From contig CAXXFK010000025.1 in NCBI GenBank assembly GCA_963663965.2, positions 1-64,000 of the forward strand: DNA of 64,000 nt, read 5' to 3'. Source of the stretch: Sedimentisphaerales bacterium (GTDB lineage Bacteria; Planctomycetota; Phycisphaerae; Sedimentisphaerales; SM23-30). Positions 28,843 through 39,263 of the stretch are shown piece after piece; the stretch's first letter is position 1; each line of letters opens with the position of its first letter. The position numbers and the translations under genes are program-made. The notes under the pieces are model-generated. The model did not search any database. It saw nothing but the letters and a program-made list of their open reading frames with translations, and was not told the DNA's origin.

Positions 28843-29858
28843 CTGCGGCACCAGCGACTCACCCTGCAACGTATGCCCCTGCTGCCCCAAACCGCACAAT
28901 TCCACCAGTGTCGGATAGACATCGATCAGTCTCCCCGGCGCGCCGCACCGCTGTCCCGGCTTCGTCATTCCCGGCACCACCCACAACATGACATTATGCG
29001 TCGCCTCCTCCCAGAGCGGGAACTTGCGCTAGTGCAACTTCTCGCCCAGATGCCAGCCATGATCCGACCAGAGTACCATCATCCAGTTCTCCCGGCCGGG
29101 CCGTTTCTCCAGCGCATCGATCACCCGGCCAAGCTGCTCATCCATAAAGTTGATCGAAGCCAGATACTCCTGCACGGCCTTCTTCCACTGGTCATGTTCC
29201 ACCATTGCCTTGTGGTCACCATTCGGATTGGCCATCTTCACCCCCTCCGGCGGCACATCGTCCAGATCATTCTCCTTTACCGTCGGCAAAATAATCTCAT
29301 CCAGCGGCCCCCAGTCGAAATGGGACTTGGTGAAACCGTTTAGATTAATATTGGGTAGCAGTGGATCGTTCGGTTTGTCTTTCGTGCGGTCCGGCCAATA
29401 ATCATCCCATACCTCCAGATCGTTGCACCCGCCATGATAAATCTATCCAGACCCGATCGCCAGATAACCATGATTCCGAAAATGTTGCGACAGCCGGGTA
29501 CACCCTTCCTGAATCGGCGTCTTGTGCAAGTTCTGCCCGTTCACATAATAGCTGGATGTGGAGGGTAAAATACCGCTCAGTAAAGCGATGCGCGATGGAT
29601 TGCAGGCCGGCGCGGCGCAATGGGCGTTGGTAAACAAAACCCCCTGACCGGCCAGCCGGTCCAGAGTGGGCGTCCGGTTCTGCGGATGGCCACCCAGGCA
29701 CCCCACCCAATCGTTCAGGTCGTCAATGGCAATGAACAGCACATTCGGCTTGCGCGGCTCCGCCGCCGTTACCGTGGACATCCAACAGGCGACACAGGTC
29801 GTCGCCAATGTTTGCCTAGTCCTTTTCAAAAATCCCTGCGGTTGGCTATCGTTTTCAT
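28843..29858 (-). pseudogene. Degraded Tat-exported sulfatase (iduronate/choline sulfatase-like)
   Basis: MKTIANRRDF then a frameshift; PNVLFIAIDDLND, CAAPACNPSR; TAG in GSG*IYH (29443) and GEKLH*RK (29029); a further frameshift and an internal deletion; C-terminus lost. Confidence 0.85.
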
Positions 29859-29975
29859 GGTAATCTTCCTATTGGTAATCTGCTTTGAAAAATACTATGA
29901 TCCTGACGTGATAATTCTGTCATTTATTACACAAACTTAATAGTAAACTCTAACCGGAAGATCAATTACTCACAG

Positions 29976-31418
29976 TCAGACATCCGGATCATTTCTATTG
30001 GCCCGGCCACCCACCGGATCCATCTCCTGCTGCGGCAGCCACCTGGCCAGTCGCTTCTTGATCTCCGCGACATCTTCCCGGTTGGCCAGATTGGTCCATT
30101 CACGCGGATCGGTTTGATGATCGTATAATTCTTCGCTCCCATCCCGATAACGGATATACCGATATCTCTCATCCCGGACGCCATAATTCCCCTTCAGATA
30201 AGCGGTGATCGCCGGCCGGTCCCAGGTATAATGGGGATCTTGCAAAAATGGTCTTAACGATTGGCCATCCAGCTTCTGTGGCGGTTGTTCCAATCCGCAT
30301 AAATCGGCCAGCGTTGGATAAACATCCAGTAGATTGACCGGGCAATTGCACCGCTCGCCGCCTTTGGTCAGCCCCGGCACCCGCCACATCATCAGTTCAT
30401 GGGTGGTCAGTTCCCAGAGCGCGTATTTGGCAAAATGTTTCTTTTCACCCAGGTGAAAACCATTGTCCGCCCAGATGCAAAGAATGGTATTCTCGCGATG
30501 AGGACTGTTATCCAATGCGTCCAGCACCTGGCCCAGCGAATCGTCCATAAAGGAAATGCAGGCCAGGTAAGCGCGCACTACCGGCCGCCAGTAGCCCGCG
30601 TTCCGCAGTTGATCAAGATCGACCGGATAGGCCGCCAACTCCCGCGCGATCGGCGGCAGGTCATCCCAGTCGGTTTCCAGTACCTTGGGCATCACCACTT
30701 CATTGAGAGGGTACATATCGAAAAATCGCTTCGGCGCGGTCCACGGATTATGCGGTCGGTAGATCCCATACGCCATGAAAAACGGCTTGTCATACTGCCT
30801 GGCCAGCCGCCGGCACGTGATTCGCCCGTTATGGACATCGGGAAAATCACCATCATCACCCTCCCACGCCTCATAATTGAACATGCCCGGCCGCTTTACG
30901 CTGTCGGGTATTGCCTTTACCTTCGGCTGCGGGCCGTATTTTTGTATCCCTTCCTGATCGTCCCACATCGCCTTCATCCGTTGCGGCCCGGGACCGGTAT
31001 GAAAAATCTTCCCGCTGGTCATCGTGGTATAGCCGTTCTTTTTGAACAATTCCGGCAGCAAAACCCCGTTCATCATTGGCTTGGATTGGTTGATCGGATG
31101 ACTATTGTCATAAACGCCGGTATTCCACGGCGCCATCCCGCTCAACAACGCCCCGCGCGAAGGATTGCATACCGGCGCGGCACAATAGGCGTGGCTGAAG
31201 GTCACTGCCGATTTAGCCAGCCGGTCCAGATTGGGCGTTTTCAAGCCCGGATAATCGGCCAGCAATGTCAGGTAGTCGTTCAAGTCGTCAATGGCGATAA
31301 ATAATACATTGGGTTTGCGCGGTTGTTCCGCCGCGTTGGCCGCCAGTAAACCGGTGCCGCAGGTTAACGCCATCATTTTCCCGGTCACCTGCAAAAATTT
31401 TCTGCGATCGATTTTCAT
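29976..31418 (-). CDS. Tat-exported formylglycine-dependent sulfatase
   Basis: DRRKFLQ signal; PNVLFIAIDDLND; CAAPVCNPSR; GKIFH; RPHNPW; ADNGFHLGEK. Confidence 0.92.
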   Translation of the reverse strand: MKIDRRKFLQVTGKMMALTCGTGLLAANAAEQPRKPNVLFIAIDDLNDYLTLLADYPGLKTPNLDRLAKSAVTFSHAYCAAPVCNPSRGALLSGMAPWNTGVYDNSHPINQSKPMMNGVLLPELFKKNGYTTMTSGKIFHTGPGPQRMKAMWDDQEGIQKYGPQPKVKAIPDSVKRPGMFNYEAWEGDDGDFPDVHNGRITCRRLARQYDKPFFMAYGIYRPHNPWTAPKRFFDMYPLNEVVMPKVLETDWDDLPPIARELAAYPVDLDQLRNAGYWRPVVRAYLACISFMDDSLGQVLDALDNSPHRENTILCIWADNGFHLGEKKHFAKYALWELTTHELMMWRVPGLTKGGERCNCPVNLLDVYPTLADLCGLEQPPQKLDGQSLRPFLQDPHYTWDRPAITAYLKGNYGVRDERYRYIRYRDGSEELYDHQTDPREWTNLANREDVAEIKKRLARWLPQQEMDPVGGRANRNDPDV

Positions 31419-32728
31419 TGACATTCCTTATCAAATGGATTGGAACAATCCAGCCAATTGGTAATAATAGCCTCAAAGTCGGCAACATTCACATAACAAT
31501 CTCGGTTGGTATCGCCCGACAGGGCTACCTGGCACGGCTTGATTTCCCATAATTCCTGGCCATGATCCATATCGCTGGCCCGCAGATAGAGCGAATCGCC
31601 AAATACGGTCAACTCGGCCGGCTCGGCCCCGTGTGGATCGAGGCTGGAATTGGGCAACATATCCAGGCTGGAACCATCAAAACGCCAGATCATCCGGCCA
31701 TGCTCGCCATCGTTGGCAACAAAATATAGGAGGTCATCGAAAACAACAAAATCACCCGGGCTGGAATCGGCCAGGAAATCATCACCATTTTCCGGCAGAT
31801 TCGGATTAATATCGGCGATCATCTGGGCCTGCGCGCCATCATAGCGCCACAATTCGTAACCATGCTCCAGCGTGTCCCTGGCGCTGAAATACACCATATT
31901 CCGATACACCGCCAGACCATTGGGATTCGATGAACTGTATTGCCCGCCGGGACTGATATCGGCAATCATCTGCGGCGCCAATCCCGGCCGATACCGCCAC
32001 AATTCCCGGCCATGCGCATAATCGTAAGCCGAAAAACAAAGCGCGTCATTCCAGGCCACAATATTTTCCGGACTGGAGCCCTGCCCCTGCGCGATATCCG
32101 TTACCTGCACCGCGCCATCCAGGGTATCATTCAGCTTCCAGAGCTCCTGATTCACCGCATTGAAATAAAGATCGTTCTGAAAAACTACCAATTCTTTCGG
32201 ACCGGAACTGCCTTTTCCCGGCCACAGATCGATGACCCGCACCTGCTGGCCATCGTAACGCCACAACTCCATGCCATACAAGGCAAAGTAGGTGGCCCGG
32301 AAATACAAACTGTCGCCAAAGACAATCAAATCCTCCGGCACCGAACAGTTTTCCGCACCTGCCACCGGCCCAGAATTCCGGCCATCGTAACAGTATAACC
32401 GCGTCCCGCCTGTCACACTGGCCGCGAAATACAGCTTGTCCTTAAAGACCGTCAGATACGACGGCATGGAACTGCCCGCACCCGGCACAATATCGGCTAC
32501 CATCACCGCCTGCTGGCCATCGTATTTCCACAATTCAATTCCGCTGGTCTGGGTATAAGCCCGAAAATACAGCTCACCCCGGTAGGGTGTCAGATACGAA
32601 GGTCCGGAACCCTGTACGCCCGGCGCGATCTCCACCGCCATCCGCACGGCTTCACCATTCAATTCACTAAAAAATCCCAGGCATAATCCCAATATCACAA
32701 TGCCATAACTAACCGTTTTGGATTTCAT
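31415..32728 (-). CDS. Secreted ELWxxDG-repeat beta-propeller protein with a C-terminal dockerin-like motif
   Basis: Repeated LYF.A....G.ELW.YDG / ADI.PG..SS.P units; GDTNRDCYVNVADF...NWL. Confidence 0.85.
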   Translation of the reverse strand: MKSKTVSYGIVILGLCLGFFSELNGEAVRMAVEIAPGVQGSGPSYLTPYRGELYFRAYTQTSGIELWKYDGQQAVMVADIVPGAGSSMPSYLTVFKDKLYFAASVTGGTRLYCYDGRNSGPVAGAENCSVPEDLIVFGDSLYFRATYFALYGMELWRYDGQQVRVIDLWPGKGSSGPKELVVFQNDLYFNAVNQELWKLNDTLDGAVQVTDIAQGQGSSPENIVAWNDALCFSAYDYAHGRELWRYRPGLAPQMIADISPGGQYSSSNPNGLAVYRNMVYFSARDTLEHGYELWRYDGAQAQMIADINPNLPENGDDFLADSSPGDFVVFDDLLYFVANDGEHGRMIWRFDGSSLDMLPNSSLDPHGAEPAELTVFGDSLYLRASDMDHGQELWEIKPCQVALSGDTNRDCYVNVADFEAIITNWLDCSNPFDKECQ

Positions 32729-33061
32729 GATAGTCCTTACTTGAATTTGTGAAAGAAACCGGAAATGGTTTTGCCCACAGGAGCTTGCTTTCCTGTGCCA
32801 ATACTCCTTTGTGTACAATTTATATTATAATCCTTACCCTGTCGGTTGGCAAGCGATTTCTGGTTTCGCCGGCCACTACCTTACCCGGTCACGCAGGAGT
32901 ATGACCGGCGGCATCGTATTGGACATAAAACCATGTTCTTGCCACCCAGGTCTCAATATCCTTATCTCACTGCGTTTATAAAACGCCAGGCCTGGCGTAA
33001 ATTTCCCTCTCGGTTTAATATTCGGATAAGATATATCAGCAACCATATTCGTTCCCCGTTC

Positions 33062-35563
33062 TTATTTGGGGTCAACCAGCCGGACAATCGCTCCCCAGGG
33101 CATGTTATTCTGGGTGACTTTTAATAACAGGATATTATCACCGCGATGAAGGGAAATATCAACCAGATCGGGTTGGTCCAGAATAGGACGCAGGGTATTG
33201 TTGGCGTGGATCGGCATGCCGTTTAACCAGGCCTTGACACCGTCATCCGAATAAATCTCTAAACGAGCGGTTTTATCATCCTGAACACGAATGTGGGTGC
33301 GCAGATAAGCCACCCGTTGTTCGCCCCCCTGTAAAGCGGCCAGCAGGTCGAGGTAAGCCGGATGAGTGTTGAGCTGACTGACCGGCATGGGTTGCCAGGT
33401 GACCGGGGTATCGGGGAGTTCTGGGGCAAACGCGATATCAAACAATTCCTGACAGGTTTTATTTTCAACAAAATAGGGCCCGGCAACTTCCCAATCGGTC
33501 AGATAAGATTGTATTTTCTCAATATCACCCAGAACAGCACGAGCCTGATCCTGGAGCGGGGAGGATACCTGGGTTTGCAGAACCTGGTTCAACGCTGTGC
33601 CGGCAACATCGGGGAATTTCAGATAAATTGACCGCGCGATCTGAATAACAGCCAGTGCGGCCTCTGATTGGACGGATTCCCGGTCAAGCGAATTCCGGGC
33701 CAGTTCCAATGCGGCCAGGGTCGGCAGTTTGGCAATGACGCCAAGAATCGCCTTCTTTTCCTGATCGGAAGGATGCAGAGAAAGGGCGGTATGCAGGTCG
33801 GCCAGTTTTTCATCAGGCGATAAAGAAGAGGCGTTGTCAACCAATCGGATATAAGCGCGCAGAGCCAGCACACGGTGGGTGGGCAGCGCATGATTACGGG
33901 CCACCTCAAGCAAGTCATTAAGCGGTGAGGCATCCACCCAGCCCCCCAGAGCAGTTAAGGCGGCATAGCCAAGCCCTGGGTCCGCATCATGCAGGGCCGT
34001 GGTTAAGGCCGGCAAGGCTTCTGGCAGTCCCATATCGCCCAAAACCTGCAAAACGGGAATGCGCCTGGCTGGTTGATCGATCGAATCAAGGTGATCAAGC
34101 AGGCTCTTCGTTATCATCTGATAAGAATCGTTGCGTCGCGCGATGGCCGAAAAAATGGACCGAAGGGGAGCAACGTCTGAAGGTGATGAATTGACCAGTA
34201 AATTGATCAGAGGATCGATTACCTCCGGATCAGCCAGGGAGCGCAAGGCTTTCTGGGCGGCCGATTTGACTTGTGGATTGGAACTGGAAGCGTATCGCAA
34301 CAGCTGATTGGCGGTCTCGAACGCCTGGCGTTCATCGAGAATCTGGATAAGAATAACTTGAATCTCCGGTTTGACATTGGGGATTTCAGCCAGGATGGCG
34401 GAGGAAACAGCCGAACCGGATAGCTTGATTAATCCATCACGGGCGGCTTGTCGACAGGCTTCATTCTCTGAGCTGACATGCCGTATCAGAAGAGGAAAAG
34501 AGGCCATGTCGCTACTCCCGGCCAGGGCCTGCAGGGCGGCCAGCTTCAGGTCCGGATCCGTATCGGCCAGGGCCTGCCGGAGCATGGGCAGCAAAGCCGG
34601 GGCGGGGCGTTCAGGCAGGGCCCGCAGAAAATGAACGCGCGCCTCAAGGGGTAATTGTTCCGTCATACCGGCCAGACGCCCGGTCTCTTCTGCTGTCGCG
34701 CAATCATGAATGATATGGATGGCCATGAGTCTCATGGTTCGATCGGAACTTTGCAGCGATTCGATCACATCAGCGTACGCGGTCGGTACATGAGCCCGCC
34801 AGAGCCCTTTCAGTGCGGCTGAGCGGTCGGTAGCAGGAGTAAATGATGATTGATAAACCTTGTTATAGATTTCCGTCGCCGCCCCAGATTGGCCATTGGC
34901 GATTAACTGTTCGGCACAGTGGAGACCGGCACGCGTTAATGTGTTTTTTGCGGGAGGATCGGCTTGAGAAAGGGCGGTTAATAAAATTTGTGAGGCGGCA
35001 GGTGTGCCAATCCGGCCCAGGGCCATAACGGCTTCTCCGGCAATGGCAGGATCAGCATCGGTCAACAGTGTACCAAGCGGATTAATCGCCAGAGGACTGC
35101 GCCGCTGGCCCAGAGTATAAATAACCGACTGTTTCTGACCGTTTGGCAATTCCGCCAGGGCTTCGACCAGTGCCTCATCAACCGCAGAACCGGGAATCCT
35201 TTCCAGGGCATATAACGCCAGGTCAGCCATAGTCTCTTCGCGTAATAAAGGGATCAACGCAGGGATTTGTTTCCCCGTGGCAATGAGCGCTAGTTGGCAG
35301 CAGGCAAAACGGCGGGTTTCGAAACAAACCGATGGCGCCAGCAGCGTTTCAAACTGTTCCAGCAGAACGCCACGTAGTGACGAATCGGAATAAGACCGTA
35401 CCACGGCGGCCTCAATGGTTTTAAAGGGTTGTGGATCACCCCCGGATTGAAAGGCGCGCAACTGGTCAAACGCCTGAATCACCGCGTCGGTTTCGGCCCA
35501 AAGCCGGACACCCGGAATCAACAGAACGGTCAGAATCAAACCAATCGATAAAGGCTTATTCAT
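33062..35563 (-). CDS. Secreted HEAT-repeat protein with a C-terminal beta-sandwich domain
   Basis: Signal peptide; repeated ALxALGxIG helices; C-terminal SDDGVKAWLNG...LLLKVTQN. Confidence 0.8.
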   Translation of the reverse strand: MNKPLSIGLILTVLLIPGVRLWAETDAVIQAFDQLRAFQSGGDPQPFKTIEAAVVRSYSDSSLRGVLLEQFETLLAPSVCFETRRFACCQLALIATGKQIPALIPLLREETMADLALYALERIPGSAVDEALVEALAELPNGQKQSVIYTLGQRRSPLAINPLGTLLTDADPAIAGEAVMALGRIGTPAASQILLTALSQADPPAKNTLTRAGLHCAEQLIANGQSGAATEIYNKVYQSSFTPATDRSAALKGLWRAHVPTAYADVIESLQSSDRTMRLMAIHIIHDCATAEETGRLAGMTEQLPLEARVHFLRALPERPAPALLPMLRQALADTDPDLKLAALQALAGSSDMASFPLLIRHVSSENEACRQAARDGLIKLSGSAVSSAILAEIPNVKPEIQVILIQILDERQAFETANQLLRYASSSNPQVKSAAQKALRSLADPEVIDPLINLLVNSSPSDVAPLRSIFSAIARRNDSYQMITKSLLDHLDSIDQPARRIPVLQVLGDMGLPEALPALTTALHDADPGLGYAALTALGGWVDASPLNDLLEVARNHALPTHRVLALRAYIRLVDNASSLSPDEKLADLHTALSLHPSDQEKKAILGVIAKLPTLAALELARNSLDRESVQSEAALAVIQIARSIYLKFPDVAGTALNQVLQTQVSSPLQDQARAVLGDIEKIQSYLTDWEVAGPYFVENKTCQELFDIAFAPELPDTPVTWQPMPVSQLNTHPAYLDLLAALQGGEQRVAYLRTHIRVQDDKTARLEIYSDDGVKAWLNGMPIHANNTLRPILDQPDLVDISLHRGDNILLLKVTQNNMPWGAIVRLVDPK

Positions 35564-35588
35564 AATCATTATCCTTTGGACAGGTACT

Positions 35589-36872
35589 CTAAATGTGCCA
35601 GGGACTGCGCATCTGGCGCTGAAGCAATCGATCCGCCTCGGGATCGTTCTGGAACTGTTCGCGTTCAGGATCCCATTGCAGCGGCCGTTGCAGCCAGCCG
35701 GCAATATTGCCGAGATGGCAGACCGAAATAGACCGGTAACCTACATTAGCATCAGCGGCCGGGCGCTTGCGTGTCCGCACACACTCAAGAAAATTGTCCG
35801 GGTGGTCAAAACTCTCATAAAGATGGATTTCGTTGGGGCCGATTCGTTGCCGAAAAAGCGGCTCCGGCTGGGTAATCAGGTGATCGCGGCTGACCTCGAC
35901 AAAACCTTCCGTTCCTTCGAACCGTACTCCGGGCGTCGTACGGCTGATGGGGGCTCGAACCATCATTGCCCCCGAGGCATAGCCATAGGTCAGATGAGGA
36001 AAATCTTTCCCGTCGGGCGGGGTAATGGATACCGGTCCGGACTCATCCATACCGAGTCCCCATTGGGCAATGTCAAACATATGGGCTCCCCAGTTGGTCA
36101 TCTCGCCGCCGGAATAATCTTTCCACCGCATCCAGCCCAGCAGGTCGGGATGGAACGGGCGCCAGGGAGCCTGGCCCAGCCAGCGGTCGTAATCGAGCCA
36201 GTCCGGCGCCTCTCCTCCCGCGGGAAGATAACATTCCTCAGGACCGGGACCGACATTGACGACCACCTTTTTAACCGTTCCAATGTAGCCATTGCGCACC
36301 AGTTCGCAGGCAAAACGGAATTCGTTCCAGCTGCGTTGCTGGGTGCCCGTTTGAAATATCCTGCCATAACGGGCCATGGTTTGAGCCAGCGCGCGCGCCT
36401 CATAGACGGTTAGTGATATAGGTTTTTCGCAGTAAATATCCTTGCCCGCCTGGGCGGCGGCAATGGAAATCGGGGTGTGCCAGCGGTCGCCGGCCGCGCA
36501 AAGGATCATATCAATATCGGATCGGGCCAGAAGTTCGCGAAAATCGAGATACGCCTGACAATCCTGATTGCGATAAAAATTGTTGACCAGATTCTGAGCG
36601 TTTTGCCGGTTGTTTCGGTTGACATCGCAAACCGCGACCACTTGAACGCCGGGTTTACTGAGAAAACCGCCGCCCTGCACCCAGATGCCGCCGCCGATAT
36701 GGCGGGTTCCCTGTCCACCGGTACCAATAAATCCCATGACCAGCCGTTCGCTGGGGGCTAGTCGTTTCTCGCTACCCAGTACGCCGGCGGGAACGATCCA
36801 GGGGAAAATGGCCACAGATGCGGTTTGCTTTAGAAAACGACGCCGATTCATTTGTTTCCCTTTGTTCTTCAT
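35589..36872 (-). CDS. Tat-exported Gfo/Idh/MocA oxidoreductase
   Basis: NRRRFLK, GFIGTGGQG, DRWH, YCEKP, FQTGTQQRS, NWGAHMFD. Confidence 0.9.
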   Translation of the reverse strand: MKNKGKQMNRRRFLKQTASVAIFPWIVPAGVLGSEKRLAPSERLVMGFIGTGGQGTRHIGGGIWVQGGGFLSKPGVQVVAVCDVNRNNRQNAQNLVNNFYRNQDCQAYLDFRELLARSDIDMILCAAGDRWHTPISIAAAQAGKDIYCEKPISLTVYEARALAQTMARYGRIFQTGTQQRSWNEFRFACELVRNGYIGTVKKVVVNVGPGPEECYLPAGGEAPDWLDYDRWLGQAPWRPFHPDLLGWMRWKDYSGGEMTNWGAHMFDIAQWGLGMDESGPVSITPPDGKDFPHLTYGYASGAMMVRAPISRTTPGVRFEGTEGFVEVSRDHLITQPEPLFRQRIGPNEIHLYESFDHPDNFLECVRTRKRPAADANVGYRSISVCHLGNIAGWLQRPLQWDPEREQFQNDPEADRLLQRQMRSPWHI

Positions 36873-37119
36873 AATGAGTTCCGTCATTGAATGGATTATC
36901 CACTTGAAAATTGACAGGCCCAGGCTTTCAAACAGCAGTTTACCCGGATCAATTCTCAAGGATAAACTCATTGAGGCGCGATCCTATTTCATGCCCTGTG
37001 TACAATTTGATATTTTCCGTAGTGAAATTCGACTTGTGAATCCCGCAAAAAAGGGCTATATTATTTTCTTTAACATCATGACAGCATACCATAACAAATT
37101 ATTTCGCAAGGAGTTAACC

Positions 37120-39241
37120 ATGAGATTAATCCTGTTGGCAGCTTTACCGGTTTGTCTTTTAGTCTGTTCCTGTGTTCAGAACAAGACAAAAACAGAATGG
37201 TCGGCCCCTTCTGGCAACAATCCCTTACTTGAGACCTGGAATACCCCATATGGTGTACCGCCTTTTGATACAATCAAAGAGGAACACTACCAACCTGCCA
37301 TTGAAGCTGGGATAGCTGAGCATCAGGCGGAAATTGAAAAAATTGCCTCTAATCCTGCTAAACCCACCTTTACCAATACTATCGAAGCCCTGGACCAGTC
37401 CGGCCAGACCCTGCGTCGCGCCGATAGCGTATTCGACAACCTGATGTCCGCTGATACCAACGACCAGCTTCAGGCCATTGCCAAAGAACTGGCTCCCAAG
37501 CTCTCCAAACACAGTGACGATATCCGGCTCAATGAAAAATTATTCGCACGCATCAAAACCGTCTACGAACAGGTTGGTTCCGAACTCACCGGTGAACAGG
37601 CCATGTTGCTGGAAAAAAACCTATAAGGATTTTGTTCGTGGCGGCGCCAATCTTGATAAAGCCGGCAAAGCCCAGCTCCGCGAAATCAACAAAGAGCTTT
37701 CCCTGCTCTCTCTCCAGTTCGGTGAAAATATCCTCAAGGAAAACAACCGGTTCGAGCTGGTGATCGACAACGAAGCCGATCTCGCCGGTTTACCCGAATC
37801 CGTTCGCTCGGGTGCCGCCGAAACCGCCAAAGAACGCAACCACGAAGGCAAATGGGTCTTCACCCTGCACAAACCCAGCCTGATTCCGTTCCTGCAATAT
37901 TCGCAACAACGCAACTTGCGCGAAATCATGTTCAAAGGATACATCGAACGCGGCGACCATAACGATGAACTGGACAACAAGGCGATCCTGGCTAAGATGG
38001 CCGCCCTGCGTGTCAAGCGCGCCAATTTACTGGGCTATCCAACCCACGCCGCCTACATTCTCGATGAAAACATGGCCGGTACTCCAGACAAAGTTTACGG
38101 TCTGCTCGAAAAACTCTGGCAACCCGCCCTGAAACGCGCCCAAGGCGAACTGGCCGAAATGCAGGCCATCGCCGATCGCGAAGGCGCCAGCTTCAAACTG
38201 CAACCCTGGGACTGGTGGTACTATGCCGAAAAACTGCGCCAGGAAAAATACGCACTCGATGAAGAAATGCTCCGCCCCTATTTCCAGATGGAAAATGTCC
38301 GCGCCGGCGTCTTCGATCTGGCCCATAAACTCTGGGGGCTCCAATTCGAACCGGTTGATATCCCAACTTATCATCCGGACGTGGAAGCCTACGCTGTCAA
38401 AGAAGCCGATGGCTCCCTGGTTGGTATCCTTTACACCGATTATTTTCCCCGCGCCAGCAAGCGGGGCGGCGCCTGGATGAACTCCTATCGTAAAGAGGTC
38501 TATCAGGATGGTAAACGCGTCGTTCCGGTTATCTGTAACGTTGGCAATTTCTCCAAACCCATCGGCGATAAACCGGCGCTCTTGAGCTACGAAGAGGTCA
38601 GCACCCTGTTCCATGAATTCGGCCACGCCCTGCATGGCCTGCTCTCTGATTGCCGTTACCATCGTCTCTCCGGTACCAGCGTCCCGCGTGACTTTGTCGA
38701 ATTGCCCTCCCAGATTATGGAAAACTGGGCTTCTGAACCCGAAGTCCTGCGTACGTTCGCCCGCCATTATCAAACCGGAAAAGTCATTCCCGATGAACTG
38801 CTGGATAAAATCGAAAAGGCAAAATATTTCAACCAGGGTTTCGAAACCGTCGAATACCTGGCCGCTTCCTTTCTGGATATGGATTGGCATACCCTCACTA
38901 AGCCGGTTGAGCAGGATCCGGAAGTGTTTGAAAACAAAGCCATGGCTCGTATTCATCTCATGCCCGAAATCGTCTCGCGCTATCGCAGCTGGTACTTCCA
39001 GCATATCTTCTCCGGCGGCTACTCCTCCGGCTATTACAGCTATATCTGGGCCGCCGTACTTGATGCCGACGCCTTCGAGGCCTTTAAAGAAAACGGGATC
39101 TACGACAAGAAAACCGCCGCCGCTTTCCGCCGTAACATCCTCTCCGCCGGCGGCAGCGATGATCCCATGGAACTCTACAAACGCTTCCGCGGCGCCGAAC
39201 CCAGTATCGAACCACTGCTGGAACGGCGCGGTCTCAATTGA
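37120..39241 (+). CDS. dcp: Peptidyl-dipeptidase Dcp (M3 family), lipoprotein, split by one extra A in an A7 run at 37613-37619
   Basis: Lipoprotein-like signal LLVCSC; NPLL...TPYGVPPF; removing one A gives LEKTYKDFVRGGA; HEFGHALH, DFVELPSQ, YYSYIWA. Confidence 0.88.
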
Positions 39242-39263
39242 TAATTGTTGTACGAAAATTTGT

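Noticed and set aside
3310..36971. Extended ORF-track starts (3310, 9918, 24487, 35704, 36685, 36971 etc.)
   Set aside because: Family N-termini, signal peptides and SD positions support the shorter starts used here.
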